DNA of 64,000 bases from positions 20,460,001 to 20,524,000 of the forward strand of contig CM022679.1 of NCBI GenBank assembly GCA_012295275.1, read 5' to 3'. Under the pieces are notes generated by a model. That model did not search any database, was not told where the DNA came from, and worked only from the letters and a program-made list of their open reading frames with translations. Shown in pieces: positions 48,688 through 62,394 of this stretch (position 1 is the stretch's first letter; every line of letters begins with the position of its first letter). Made by a program: the position numbers and the translations under genes. This DNA is from Chrysomallon squamiferum. Lineage: Eukaryota; Animalia; Mollusca.

Positions 48688-49855
48688 CAGGATTCGTACA
48701 CCTTCAGATGTCAAAATTTCCATACATTCCTTGCATATGTTGTTGTTTCTTGACCCCCCTTCAAGAGTAATTTAATTGACGTTCCATGTGCGATGTTTCC
48801 TAAGTGGAGGGATAGATCCATCTAGAAGTTGTGGGGGCTGAATATGATGGGGTGTTGTCAAAGTAGTCCAGGAGTTCTTCTGGTGTGTGCTCCAGTAGAT
48901 ATCCTCCACTGGTAAAAAGGTGAGGAGTGCATCTAGCATGCCACAGAAGAGTTTCTTGTCCTCCTCTTCTCTACATTGGTGTTCAAGACCAAGAGTTTGG
49001 ATCTTTCTCCATGTGGCCACGTTAGATGATAGAAGCAGCCATGTACTTTGACCTGGGGTCCAAAGGATGACATCACAGCATTAATCACAGCTTGCTCCAA
49101 GTCAAGGATGATGATTGAGGGATCATTCTGGAAACCAAACTCTGTACATCTGCAAATCGTAGGTGGACTGATGCTTGTTCGGCAGGAGTACCCGACCCCT
49201 TTTAAAGACCTCATAATGTGTGCAATTGGAAAAGAGAAGCCACCTTCTTGTGGCCTCTGTGCACAAAGATCAACCAGGTGTAATGAAGCATCATCCTCCC
49301 AAGTGCAATCAAAGAATTAATACTTTGATAAACATGTAAAAGATACTTATAAAAAATTAAGAGTGTTGAATTATCCAAAATTATCATTACAGAGAGGGAA
49401 TTGACAAAGTGGGTTATTGTCCACTGGGGAATTGCCTGAGTGGGGAATTGTCCTGGAATCTAATTAAACATATTTGAAAAAAAAAACTGGAATACTGGAA
49501 ATTAAATACAGCTTTTTCTGGCAATATGCATCTCTCGAGCAAGCACAAGTGCTGATAGCCTGATTAATCTTTCAGGATCAGGCTAAAATGGAACCATCAC
49601 CAAAACAAAACCAATTTCTTTGGTTAGGCTATAACAGCACTCGTTACACTAGCTAAAACATGAGATGAGTCTGGGCTAAATATTGGTGAAACAAACCAGT
49701 TTTTGATACATTTTATTTACGGCAAAGACACAATTTTCCATAACTTTTCATAGCCGAGGTATCAAAACCTGATTTTCCAAAACCTTTAATGTCCTGGAAA
49801 ACACTGACGAATTTCTAAAACTTTCCAAGACTTTCCCAAATGTGAACGAACCCTG
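48688..49855. mobile_element. CAGGG-terminal TIR element (hAT-like, non-autonomous) in the last intron of PARP copy 1
   Basis: Ends CAGGATTCGTAC ... GAACGAACCCTG; cleaner in copy 2. No clear TSD. Confidence 0.55.
48760..49460 (-). mobile_element. Degenerate MULE (Mutator-like) transposase fragment
   Basis: PSIIILDLEQAVINAVMSSFGPQVKVHGCFYHL, then frameshifted WRKIQTLGL...MLDAL.FLPVED, matches the MULE DDE core (D.E.A..NA, CxxH); GGGGAATTG subterminal repeats at ~49395-49460. Confidence 0.85.
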
Positions 49856-52800
49856 GCTATTATTATTATTATTATTATTATTATTAGCAGGAAGTAATAT
49901 TTACTGTAGATCTTTCCCCAGCATAAAAATACGAAGTACAGTCATGTATAAATGAGTAAAGGAGAAATGGATAAAACAGGAAATTAGGTGATTTGTGTAC
50001 ACTAACTGATCATGTTTCCTTAGTTGTACACAGTAGAAAAACCCCACAAAAAATAATAACTACATAAAAAGCAAACATAAAATACTGTCTTAGTATGAAA
50101 AAATCAAGAATTTGTAGTAAAAAGTTCACTACAGAGAAAGTAGACTTACTAACAGTAGTTGCTCCATAGTTCTCCATTTTCAATTCTCTCCAGTTTTTCA
50201 ATATTTTGAGACAATGTCTCACAAAAAAGACTGTTAATTTCCATGAACTCTTGGCTCTGCTGGTCAACCTGAAAATATCAGACAGGTCAAGATATAAATT
50301 TTAAAAAGTTTTTCTTTCTTTCTTTTTTTAAATCCATAAACTCCCCTACAATTAATTGTCTTAAATATTTAAATATAATTATTTTCAATAATTTGAAATT
50401 TAAAACAATCCACTTTTCATCATCCTGTTTCTTTTTTGATAATTATTAAGTTTTTAACATTTGATATCTAAACTGCATGCAATTAAAGTATAGCCTCAGT
50501 GATAAGAAGAAATAATGTAAATTTTATTCTCAATACTTTCAGGTAATGTTTTATTTGTTTTTTGCAATCCCATACTTAATTAATAATAAAGTATAATAAA
50601 GGAAGGATTCCAGATGAAAATTAGGAGGGTGCTACCGTTTTCCTACAGTCACAACATCACTGCATACATAATGGATCTATTTGCTCTTTGGATTCTTTTT
50701 TGTATTGTCAGGAAAACAATAAAATAATAATTCTAAGCTGTGTACTATTAAATGGAAATGAAGCCCATAATTAACTGTACTGAAGTAACTATTTCACACA
50801 CCAGTTTCACTTGATAATGCTTAATCACATCTTCTGATGTTACTTTCCATTCTTTTGGCACAGAACACTTCAACTGGCCATCAGCAACATCATCCATAGT
50901 TCTGAAAATAGATCAGGATCAGAATATTAAAGATACAAAACAATTAAATTGACACTGAAGCATTTTGACTTAACATTGACATCACATTTGTTACATGTTT
51001 ATAAAATGCAGTTCCTTGATATGTAAAATAACTTGATTTCTTAAGAGTTTGTTTATTAGTAAAGTATGACATGAAAATAATGTTTATGAAATGTACAACT
51101 TAAAAAATTTCAACTAATTTTAGCAGAATCATTTTTATAATCAGTGGTTAAGATTGTTTATCAGTTTATAGATCTGAGTTTATCTGTAACAATGACTTAA
51201 ATATTTGGTAAGAATTTCAAGGTGCTAGACTTAAGTGTTTATATTTGCTATTTTAAATGTACCTTACTCAGTATTTTGTGGATGGAAGTAAGTTGTTCTG
51301 CGCCGAACCTTGCGTTCTGTGTTTCTTTTACAGTTTATTTGTTTCATTTCAGTGAATGACAGAACATAACTAAAGGAATCATTTTCAAACTGAATGTCAG
51401 CATCTGGATTCTTTTGATATTCTCTCTCAATCTTGTCACTATCAAGATCTGCTTTCCAACCATTTATATCCTTTAAGAATAAAAAAATAGAAGCTTGAGT
51501 ACATTAAGTAATGTGGTTGCTATTTAACTGCAACAGGATAAATGTTTTCAGTGAAACATAATTATACTTCTTTTGAAAAAATATCTGTTTAAATTAATTC
51601 AGCAGTCTGATATTAATTATATAATGGATGATTTAAATAACTAATTTATTTTATCTACTTACTGGTTCACCAAATTCTTTCCACTTTCCATTCTCATCCT
51701 GCCAGTACCAATGCCAGGTTGTTGTCCATCTTTGAATGGAAGGAGGTGCTATTGCAGAAGAAATTGTTGTCAACCTTCGAATAAGAATTTCATCTTCTCC
51801 ACCCATGATCTCATCTCCAGTCATTGAATCAAAATCAATGTTTGTTACAATGTCACTGAAAAATTACAGTTGAATAAATATTTCATTTCACTTTGTTGTT
51901 GTGAATAAATGGTTAAAATATGCTGGTTTTTCTTACTTTGAAGTAATTATTTAATGTTTTTAATGGAAAACCTGTCTTTGCTAACAATAAGTAGAGCAGT
52001 AAAATAATACAGCTACAAAAAATCTTATTGTCAAAATTTTACATCATACATAGCAAACTGATAGCTGTGGCTAGAGAAAAAAAAAAAAAAAGGAAACAAA
52101 GACAGAGAAAAGGTTTCTTGATTGAAAAGTGTTTTTTTGTTTTTTAATTTTCTACGTAAAACATGCATATTTTTTTAAGTAACAGTGCTCAAGATCTCTG
52201 ATTTGCTTTTGTAATAGCACTTATTAATGAAAAAAACTGTTTATTATATATATATATTTCAAAATACAAAAGAGTGTTTTTACAAAATTAAAAGTACAAA
52301 ACATTCATTAATAAGTTTTTGTTGAACAGCTTGCAAGAACAATTTTCATTCATCATTTCTAATGATCTTGTATTTAAACAATAACAAAAAATAAAAAAAA
52401 AAAAAAATGAAACATTAAAAAACCCTATAAAAGTAAATCAATATTATACCCCATCATTATATAGCACTGAGATTTATCCGACTGACTAAAGATTTTCTCT
52501 ATTGCAATGTTGTTGTCTTCATTAAAATCAGTCCATTCCAAATCAGTGTCTGTCTTCCACTGCCACTGGTAAATTCCTGACTTGTGTTCAGAATGACAGG
52601 AAGATCCAAATTTGCATTTGCCTCTGAGATGATAAATACAAATTACTGATGGTTGTTTTTCTCCAGTTTTTTTCATTCTTGGTATTCTGCCAGGCTCACT
52701 CATAGCACTTGATTTAGTAGGTGTTGTGGTGGTTTTAATTTCAGGTTGAAAATCAATTTCTCCTTCATCCGGATATTTCATTGCATACTGATCACTCGAA

Positions 52801-54190
52801 TAACATCTTTCAGCTGATCTGTGATGTTCTGGCTGATGCCCTAAACAGCTGGCATTTTGTGTTATTTCTTTATGAAAGAATTCTCTAAGTTCTTGCAGAA
52901 TTTCATCTGGTGACTGATTAATATTAAAACCATAGAGTTTCAGTACATTGGTAACATTTGGATCCTCAGCAGAATGGTTTCGTTTGCAGTCGTTAAACTT
53001 GCATGTACTTTCCAAAAAATACTTACACATATGTAAGTTTTTGCAATTTTGGTTTGAACATGTTTTTGAACTGTTATAAAATGTACAAATCCGAGGCATT
53101 GTGGTAATATTTCTGCAACTTGTTTGACAGACCAAAAACCTTAAATGTTCAAGTTCAATATTTTTGACATCAAGCAAATGAGCCCTGAAAACCTGCTCAT
53201 TATGTCTTGATCTATAATCATGACCAAATGAGCACATTTCACCGAAACTACAACGACCTGATAGGAAAAAATATTTGCATATATGAAGGTTTCCGCATTT
53301 ACCATCACAATTTCCCGCTTTGTATGTTCTTGACATAGTGCAATGTCTGTAATTGCGCATACTTGTAAATATGTATTTCCTTTACGAACGACATTTCGGG
53401 ATGAAAAAAATTGTGGATATTTCTCCAGAAACTTTATAAGTAAATCATTATCTCGAATGTTCACCTGTGTCTGTGATTTAAGCTCCAACGATAATGTCTC
53501 TATGCTTAACAAACATCGATGTCTTAGTAGAATCGAATTAATGTGGACCGCTAGTTGTTCGTTTTCCTTCGACATTATGACAGTTCAGTATTATTCCACT
53601 TCTGGTTTCCCATGAATTTACTTTAAATTTATTATCTAAAATGGTTCTGGAAATAAAAAATAAAAAAAATTGTCGAAATCGAAAGTAGAGCAAATACTGC
53701 GAATTATTTCATCTGTCACTTTCTCGCGTGAATGTTCAAATATGATTTTTTTTTTTTTTTAAGTCTACAGCTACTAAACATCTACAGCAGCGTTTCTCAA
53801 CCTTTTCACCCTTGCGTAAAACTTTTGAAATAAATTACGTCTTAAGGAATCCCTGCATAAAAAAATGTATATCCCTCATCACGAGGTTTTTATTCACAAA
53901 CACACCCACACACACACACACACAAATCTAAACTCAAACGTAAAAAATAAACATTTGTAACAAATATCACATACTTATAACACATAGGTGTAAACAGAAC
54001 GAAAGCAGATAACTGCTACATCAGTTTATCATCTTTTTATCCTATACTGAAATGTTGAAAAGACATAAAATAAATCAGTGAATGGACAAGGAAATGTGAC
54101 TTTCAGAGCCATTTGATAAAGTGAAATAGCTAATTTAATGAAAATCTCCGAGATCAAGGTAATGGATTTGAAAGTTTATTTTATTTTTTA

Positions 54191-54239
<49 letters not shown>

Positions 54240-55281
54240 TTAGATCAAATGAAATATGAAGAGTAAACTGTTACTCCCCTACAGCAAACTAAGCACATTA
54301 CTTCGTTCATCGCCATCAAATGTACGAACAGTATTCCCTAAGTGTATGCTTCCCTCGTTATTGGCTACACTCCGCTGTCAGTTTCGGGAAGCTTAGTTCC
54401 ATCTGCCAGACACGATGTCTATAAATAACATACACGTTTTTAAAATTATCACCTATAGATATATTATATAATTTGGTTTTGAATATGACTTTTTATCAAA
54501 AGGTTTTGTCATTAGAAAACTGTCTAAAATAAATAGTTGTTTTTTTTGCTTTGAAGAAAGTCAAGAAAAATGATATAAAAATATAGATAAAAAAACAACT
54601 CACAATTATTAATTGGGTTATTTTAATAATTTATTATTATATTATTTATTGTATTGATTTAAAATAGTTCTTATTAATATTAAAATTTTATTTGAAAAGA
54701 AAAAATTAATTTTGACAAGAGGAACGGATACTCATCAAGCCTTTTTTTTTTTTTTTATCAGCCTTTACTAGCTCGAGTCTGAAGAAAACCTGCAACATTT
54801 TAAAAGGAAAAGATGATCTCCTTAAAAACTAACATTTCTGATTCTCTAATTTATCCCTTCTAAATGTATTTCACCATTTAGATCTGATTAATCTGATATT
54901 AAAATTATTTTTGTACAGGTGTAAGTGACGTTATGAATTTTCAAAGATTTTATTTGATTATTGTGGATTATCAAAAAAAAACATTAGACAGAATATTCGT
55001 GTGACGAAGATGGATAATCTCGTCTTTGTTTTAATGCAAAAACCAGTTATCAAATCACTTTATTTTACAAGTATTATTTTCGACTTAAAATACGTTTTAT
55101 CTAAAAATTTCACCACTTAAGAAATATTTATTTAACTGCCATGTCAAAATAAAGCAGTAGCAGTTATATGCCCTTAATTTAGTAACAAACAAAAAATAAA
55201 TAAATAAATAATAACAATTTTAAAAAGTAAATATATAATAATAATTTAAAAAAAAAAAAAAAAATTATTTGATTTTATTCA

Positions 55282-55312
<31 letters not shown>

Positions 55313-55809
55313 TACGTTTTTCATCGACTTCAGATCCTGTTGATATAGATACTGCTAAAAAAAAAAAAAAAAAAAAAAAAAAACCAAAAAAAAACGCGCC
55401 TGAAGCAGAAATTGGCGGTAGAAGTCATATTTTAATAATTACTTCCTACTTACCTCCCTTGGGTTAAACGAGCAAATAACAAAATATCCTCTACATAAAG
55501 TCGAAAACTTTATAATTTGAAATCCCCAAAACCCAGTGATATTTTATTTTCATTAGTTGCAAGTATTTCGTAGAATCACTGTTCATTAATATGTAAATAT
55601 TGCAAATACTGGAATAGTTTTATAAATATATTTTGAAGAAAAATCCCAACAATACAAAAATTGGCTGAGAAACAATAAACAATATTCAGTATAACTTACG
55701 TATGTTTAATATGTAATATTTATATTACTAATATAAAAACAATAAATAAATAAAAAAATTAAGATTGAGAGTTATTATTATGAATAAAATACTTCTCGTT
55801 TTCAGAGTC

Positions 55810-58085
55810 ATGGAATTCAAATCGCATGATTCACAATTTCTGCATAGACTTCAAGATCTGTATTTTGTTCCTCCTGATTCAGACAGTGCTGCCGAAAAAG
55901 CTGATATTGTTAGAAACATGATGGTGCATTTGTCTTATGGCAAGACATAAAACATGTAAGTTCGTGTTATAACGTTTAAAATTCTGAACAATGAGAAAAC
56001 AAATGGCATGCTTCCCTCGTTTTTGGTTAATAAAGGGTTTTTTCTTTCACGAAGAGACTGATTTCATCTGGAAATGTGTTTCCATTTTTTTTTTTTTCTC
56101 TCAGAAATCCTGCATCGAGCTCAATAAAATATCAGCATTTCATTATTCTAAGTATGTATTTGATTGCTTATTTAATGCAGTGATGTATAAATATATTGGC
56201 AATGGGAATATGTGTGTGTATGTGTTTAATTAATAGATACAAGATGCTTCACAAAGTTTAAAATATAAATGATATGTGTGTAGAATAGTGGGTTCAAACA
56301 GAAAATAAATATATATTTGTAGATCTACAAACAGCTGCTAAAACGTTAAAAAATCTTCAATTGCCAAGACCAGTTATTAAAATAATTTTAAAAATAAAGT
56401 GTTTTGTGTATGTGTAATAACAATTGTAAAGGTAAATATTTAATTTATTTAATATTTTCTTTAGCGTGCCTATGGATTGTGATGCTTTAGAAAGTTACAA
56501 ACATCAATATGAAAATTTAATGGATTCCTTTGATGCCAAGACTGGTAATAGTCAGTGTTATATAATTTAATGGATTTAAAGTTTAATAATTATTTCAATT
56601 ATATATGTGTGTGTGTATGTATGTATGTATATATATATATAATTGAAATACACATATATAAATGAAATAATTATTAATGTTTTGTTTTTTTGTTGTGAAT
56701 TACAACTAACAAAAAACATATATACTTTGAGTCAGATTTAATAAAAAATTATCTTCAGTAATTGATAATGAATGTTTCTAGTTTTGCAAAATATCAAATA
56801 TTTAAACACCATCAATTTGAGATTTTATAATTATTTCAAAATAATTTTGCTGATGTAAATAGATATAAAATGGGAGATTGAAAAATCTATTCCAACCTAT
56901 TTTTTATATTTTAAAAACTTTTTTAATTAACATTTTTCTTTTTTCTTTCCAGCATACTTACAATAAAAAGTATCTTAAACATTTCCATGATTTTTTTTTT
57001 AAATAAAAAATAAAATAATAATAAATAAAATATATGGATACAAAAATAAAAATAGTTGACCTTAAATAAAACATAAAATAAACCTTGTAATATTCATTTT
57101 GACTGATTAAATCAATCTAGTTATCAAAAGCTGTATTATTATTTATGTTCATGAAGTAATTCAGAAAAAAAATATTTTCAGAAGACATTTTAATTTTTAG
57201 TTTACGCTTTACAGACATTCAGAAAAGGGAATCATCTTTGGCTCTTAAAAATGTTCTTCAGAAGGATTATGTAAAGAAAATAATAACTTGGGAAGACGTG
57301 GGTCTAAAATTTGTATTTTTTAATTTTTTAAATTATTATTTTTTATTTTATTATTATTATATTCATTTATTATTATTAATTCTTTTAATTTCATTATTAC
57401 ACCAAATGTTGATTAGTTACCATTAATTCAAGTTCATGTTCTTGAAAGATAATACAGTTTATTTTTCAATCTTGAAGAAAAACCATTTTATTGATAATAC
57501 TGTAAAAATTCTTAACAGAATAACATAATGTTAAATGTTTTATATTCATGAGGGAAAAAATGGAATTAAGTATTTTGAACTGTTAATTTATATTTTTTTT
57601 AAAATTCATTTGATGCTGTTATAAATTTATCAAATGTTTTACAATTTTAAACTACGTAATTTTAATGGTTTAATAAAGCTGTTTACAGAAATAAATTTAA
57701 ATGAAAATAAACAATGTAATTGCTATTGTTTCCAGATTTAGAAATTAGTACCTGTCTGTATTTAAAAAGTGTAGTTATGTATTTTACATTCTTTGTCTCT
57801 GTAAAAAAATAATATCTATAATAATAATGAATAGATCTGAACGTAAATATTACTGCTGAAAAAATGCATTGATGCAAATGGATTATGATAACCCAAACTG
57901 AGGTACCACAGTGTGTTTCCGGTCTTGTTGTTATATAAACCTACAAACTATTGATATTCAGATGTATGCTAAAATGTCTTTAAACATTCATTCATCATTT
58001 GTATTGAATATCAGATTCCAGAGAGATACAAGGAAGTGCTGATACAAGAAATCTACCAGCTGCACAGAATTTGTTTTACAGAAAG
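55810..58085 (+). pseudogene. Unidentified multi-exon gene, 5' fragment with one in-frame TAA
   Basis: Four phase-compatible GT-AG exons 55806-55955 (ATG 55810), 56465-56544, 57215-57297, 58015-58085: MEFKSHDSQFLHRLQDLYFVPPDSDSAAEKADIVRNMMVHLSYGKT*NIVPMDCDALESYKHQYENLMDSFDAKTDIQKRESSLALKNVLQKDYVKKIITWEDIPERYKEVLIQEIYQLHRICFTE; TAA at 55948-50. Confidence 0.62.
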
Positions 58086-59477
58086 GTTTTTTTTTCACTT
58101 ATTTAATAAACAAATATCTCAGATATAATAAGTTTAAAAAAAATATAAAACAATGATATGTAAAATATCTCTGTATAAAGTATTCTTTAGAATTTACAAC
58201 ATTGCCAGAATATTTTATAATAATTAAAGAACTGTTTACAACATCGGTAATAAATCATTTATCAGTAATTAAATATTGTCTTCTACAAATTTATAGGCAT
58301 TATTTTATTATTTTGGAACAATCTGTCTTTGCTCATAACAAAGCTATTGCTTAGTACCCGTTTATCACATTTGAAGCCTACATTTTGTATTATTTCCGAA
58401 GAGCAGTTATTATATTCTCAGTTATCAATTATATTTTTGCTTTGCCATGACAGCATACAACAGAAAAACAACTAAACATTAAAATCAAAGACAATGGATA
58501 ATCAGCTTTCATAAAACAAATGACTAATATCGAAGGAGTAAATACAAGTACTTTATTCTCATTTAATTCACAAGAATAGTAAAAAAAAAAAAATGTTATT
58601 TTATTTCACTCCAATATAGGTAATATGAACAGCTGATATATGTTTGTATAATAAAAGTACATTAATCTATTAAAAGAGAGAAGTCTCCTGATTATCTATA
58701 ATTTAAATCTATAAATCATTTCTAATTTTGTAATTCCTAGTCATAAGTACATGAAGCATATGCTATTGTAAGAAAAATACATGAGTAAAAAAAATTTAAT
58801 AATATTTGTAAATATTATAGCATATATAATATTTTTACAATTCAGTCACACAGTTTTGTCCACATACCTGATTTTTCTTCAAACTGATTCTCAAAAATAT
58901 CCAGTTTATAATAGTGTTCCAGAATGTCGGAACATGTTTACATAAGCCAAAAAGGTTTATTAAATCTCCACTAATTATATGACAAAATTAACTGCTATCT
59001 GAATCTTCTATTATAGCTTCTATTATACAGACATTGAAGCTAAACTTTTGATTACAGTAAATTTTCCTAAAGGTAGAAAATATTTTGAACATATTTAAAA
59101 TTATAAATGTTTTTGAGTAACACTGCACAGGTACAACAGTAAAATGTTTATAAATGTGTATTCTTTACAAACACATACACATATACTGACACACACACGA
59201 AGTAGAGATTTATAATTATATTCAAAATTAAATACAGTACATATTTAAAAGACAATATGAAACATTTGCATAAATCTGTATTTAGTAGTAAAACAAAATG
59301 TTAAAGCAGACTAAATAATATTTCTCTAGCTAAATAACAGAACAATCCATTTTGATAAATAATCAAAATATCTAAAGTTTACTTTTTAAATTTATTCTTG
59401 CTACATACAAGTAACTAAAGCTGAAATTTAATGTTTTCCTTATCAAGAAACTATTTATGGATAAGTAACCTTTGTGA

Positions 59478-62360
59478 CTAACAATATGTAATTAGGTATT
59501 GTGGATAAACTTGGCTTAAATCAAAGACGACAAAGATTTTGGGGTCTGTTGTGTTGTCAACACAACTATCAAACAAATCTCCATGAGGTTTTGAATAATC
59601 TTTGGGTGGAGGCCGCACGTATGAATCATTACCTTCGACAAATTCACCAACAAGAATTTTGGCCACAAACATCTTTTTGCAGGTGGTGTAACAACGAGAA
59701 TAGGAAGCCTCATTTGCAAAATAGCTGCCTTTTCCATATTTAGCCCCTACTGCTTTTCCACTAAAGCGAAAATCAAACCCCTGACGACAGATTGCTTGGA
59801 TGTTTTCCTCTGTTGTACCATGAAATAACTGTCTTTCCTCCACTTCTTTACCCAGTTTTCTTTTCATAACACTCTTTTTACTGTTAAATAGTAACAATAA
59901 TTTTAATATACTAATTAACGATTTTATGAGGAGAAATGTTAATTTGTTGAAATTTAACATACAGAACAAATACCAAAAAATCGAAAAAGAAATAATGAAC
60001 GAAATGTTTTTGTTTAACGATATTCTGTTAATTTACAGTTACATAGTGTTAAATCAAATTATTAACTTTTAATTTGTTTTCTTAATTCAGGGTTCGTACA
60101 TCTTTGGCTTTCAAAATTTCCATAACATTTCCAAAACTTTTCATAGCCCACAAATCCTAATTTCCAAAACCATTTCCAAGCAAACTCAATCATAACAAAG
60201 TATTTTTTGCAGTTTTTAGACATGCCTTCACCAGGCTGTGTGGTATATATATATAGGATTACTAGTAATAAAAAAATTAATGTAATTTATTTTGGCTTTT
60301 TAAAATGCAGTTTTATTCCTGGAGTGGACATGACCATGACGATTTGTTAGGGAGATTGCCAAAAGTATGAATACAGAAATATTGCTTCACAAAAAGTTGT
60401 CGAGTTCCTTTCTCCTTATTTAATTAACAACCCATACCTTTAAAATATGCTAAATCCTACTCCTTATGGGTTTGTAGTCTGAACTGTCAGATGGAATTTT
60501 CTCTCAGTTTTACGACCTCAATTTCACAATGTTTTGCTTTCAAAGTCTTCCTGAAACTATCAGATTTAGTCAAATCAGTGAAATTTCCTTTTTCCTAAGC
60601 AGATTCAGCAGATGAAGACAGACATTCAGTCTTTTTCTAATTGCTCGCTTTGTCTCTAATTCAATACTCTGAGTACACTGAGACGTTTCTCCCTCTATTC
60701 GTAGATCTAAATCCTAACCCTAAAATCAAAAATATAACTAACCCTAAGGGGTTGTTCAAATATTTTTGTGAAAATTGAACACCCACCTATCTCCTTGTAA
60801 CACTAGACTATACAAAATATAAGATAACGATTGCAGGTCCTCCCTCCAATACTTGCGCCATTTTAACCATATCAATACAATGTTAAAAATTAAAGTGTCT
60901 GGTGTATTAAAGCATTTCAGCTGGATTTATAATTGTGTTCAGTTTACATTCATCTGAAAAAACCCTAGATTCCTCGCATATGTTGTTGGTTCTTGATCCC
61001 CCTTCAAGAGTAATGGAACTGCCGTTCCATATGGGTGGTGGGTACATAGGAGGCATGCAATGCATCTTAAGTGGAGGGATAGATCCATCTGGAAGTTGGG
61101 GGGCTGAATATGATGGAAGGCTCCAGATACATAGGTGTTGTCAAAGTAGTCCAGGAGTTCTGGTGTGTGCTCCAGTAGATATGTCATAGTAGATATGCTC
61201 CAGTAGATAGGAACATCATCCACTGTTAAAAAGGTATACAAGACCAAGAGTTTGGATTTTCCTCCATGTGGCCTGTGTTAGGTGATAGAAGTGCATCCTA
61301 AGTGGAGGGATAGATCCATCTAGAAATTGTGGGGGCTGAATATGATGGAACGCTCTCTGAGTGTTGTCAAAGTAGTCCAGGAGTTCTTCTGGTGTGTGCT
61401 CCAGTAGATATCCTCCACTGGTAAAAAGGTGAGGAGTGCATCTAGCATGCCACAGAAGAGTTTCTCGTCCTCCTCTTCTCTATATTGGTGTTCAAGACCA
61501 AGAGTTTGGATCTTTCTCCATGTGGCCACGTTAGATGATAGAAGCAGCCATGTACTTTGACTTGGGGTCCAAAGGATGACATCACACCATTAATCAGCTT
61601 GCTCGAATTCAAGGATGATGATTGGGGGATCATCCTGGAAACCAAGCTCTGTACATCTCTCTTGTATGACAGTGAACACTTCCTCGTTGGTGGACTGGAC
61701 TTGTTCGGCAGTGCACTGGCCCCCTTTTAAAGACTTTATCTTGTGTGCAATTGGAAAATAGAAGCCACCTTCTTGAGGCCTCTGTGCACATAGATCAACC
61801 AGGTGTAATGAAGCATCATCCTCCCAATGCAGTCAAAGAAATAAAACTTTGATAAACATGTAAAAGATACTTATATAAAATTAAGAGTGATGAATTATCC
61901 AAAACTGTCATTACAGAGTGGGGAATTGTCCAAGTTGGTTATTGTTTAGTGGGGAAATCGCCCGAGTAGGGAATTGTCCTGGAATCTAATTAAACAGATT
62001 TAAAAAAAACTGGAATACTGGAAAGGAAATACAGCTATTTTTGGCAATATGCACCTCTGGTGCAAGCGCAAGTGCAGATAGTCTGAATTAATCTTTAGGA
62101 TCAGGCTAAAATGGAACCATCACCAAAACAAAACCATTTCCTTTGGTTTGGCTATAACAGCCCTCGTTACACTGGCTAAAACGTGAGATGAGTCAGGGCT
62201 AAATATTGGTGAAACAAACCAGTTTTTGATACATTTTATTTACGGCAATGACATAATTTTCTATAACTTTTCCATAGTCAAAGTAACAAAACCTGATTTT
62301 TCAAAACTTCTAAAAATTTATAAAACTTTCTAAGACTTTCAAAAATACGTACGAACCCTG

Positions 62361-62394
<34 letters not shown>

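Noticed and set aside
53788-53870. CAGCGTTTCTCAACCT resembling a hAT-MITE end
   Set aside because: No matching opposite terminus or TSD found.
60712-60750. CCTAACCCTAA telomere-like motifs
   Set aside because: Only two or three scattered units inside a transposon remnant.
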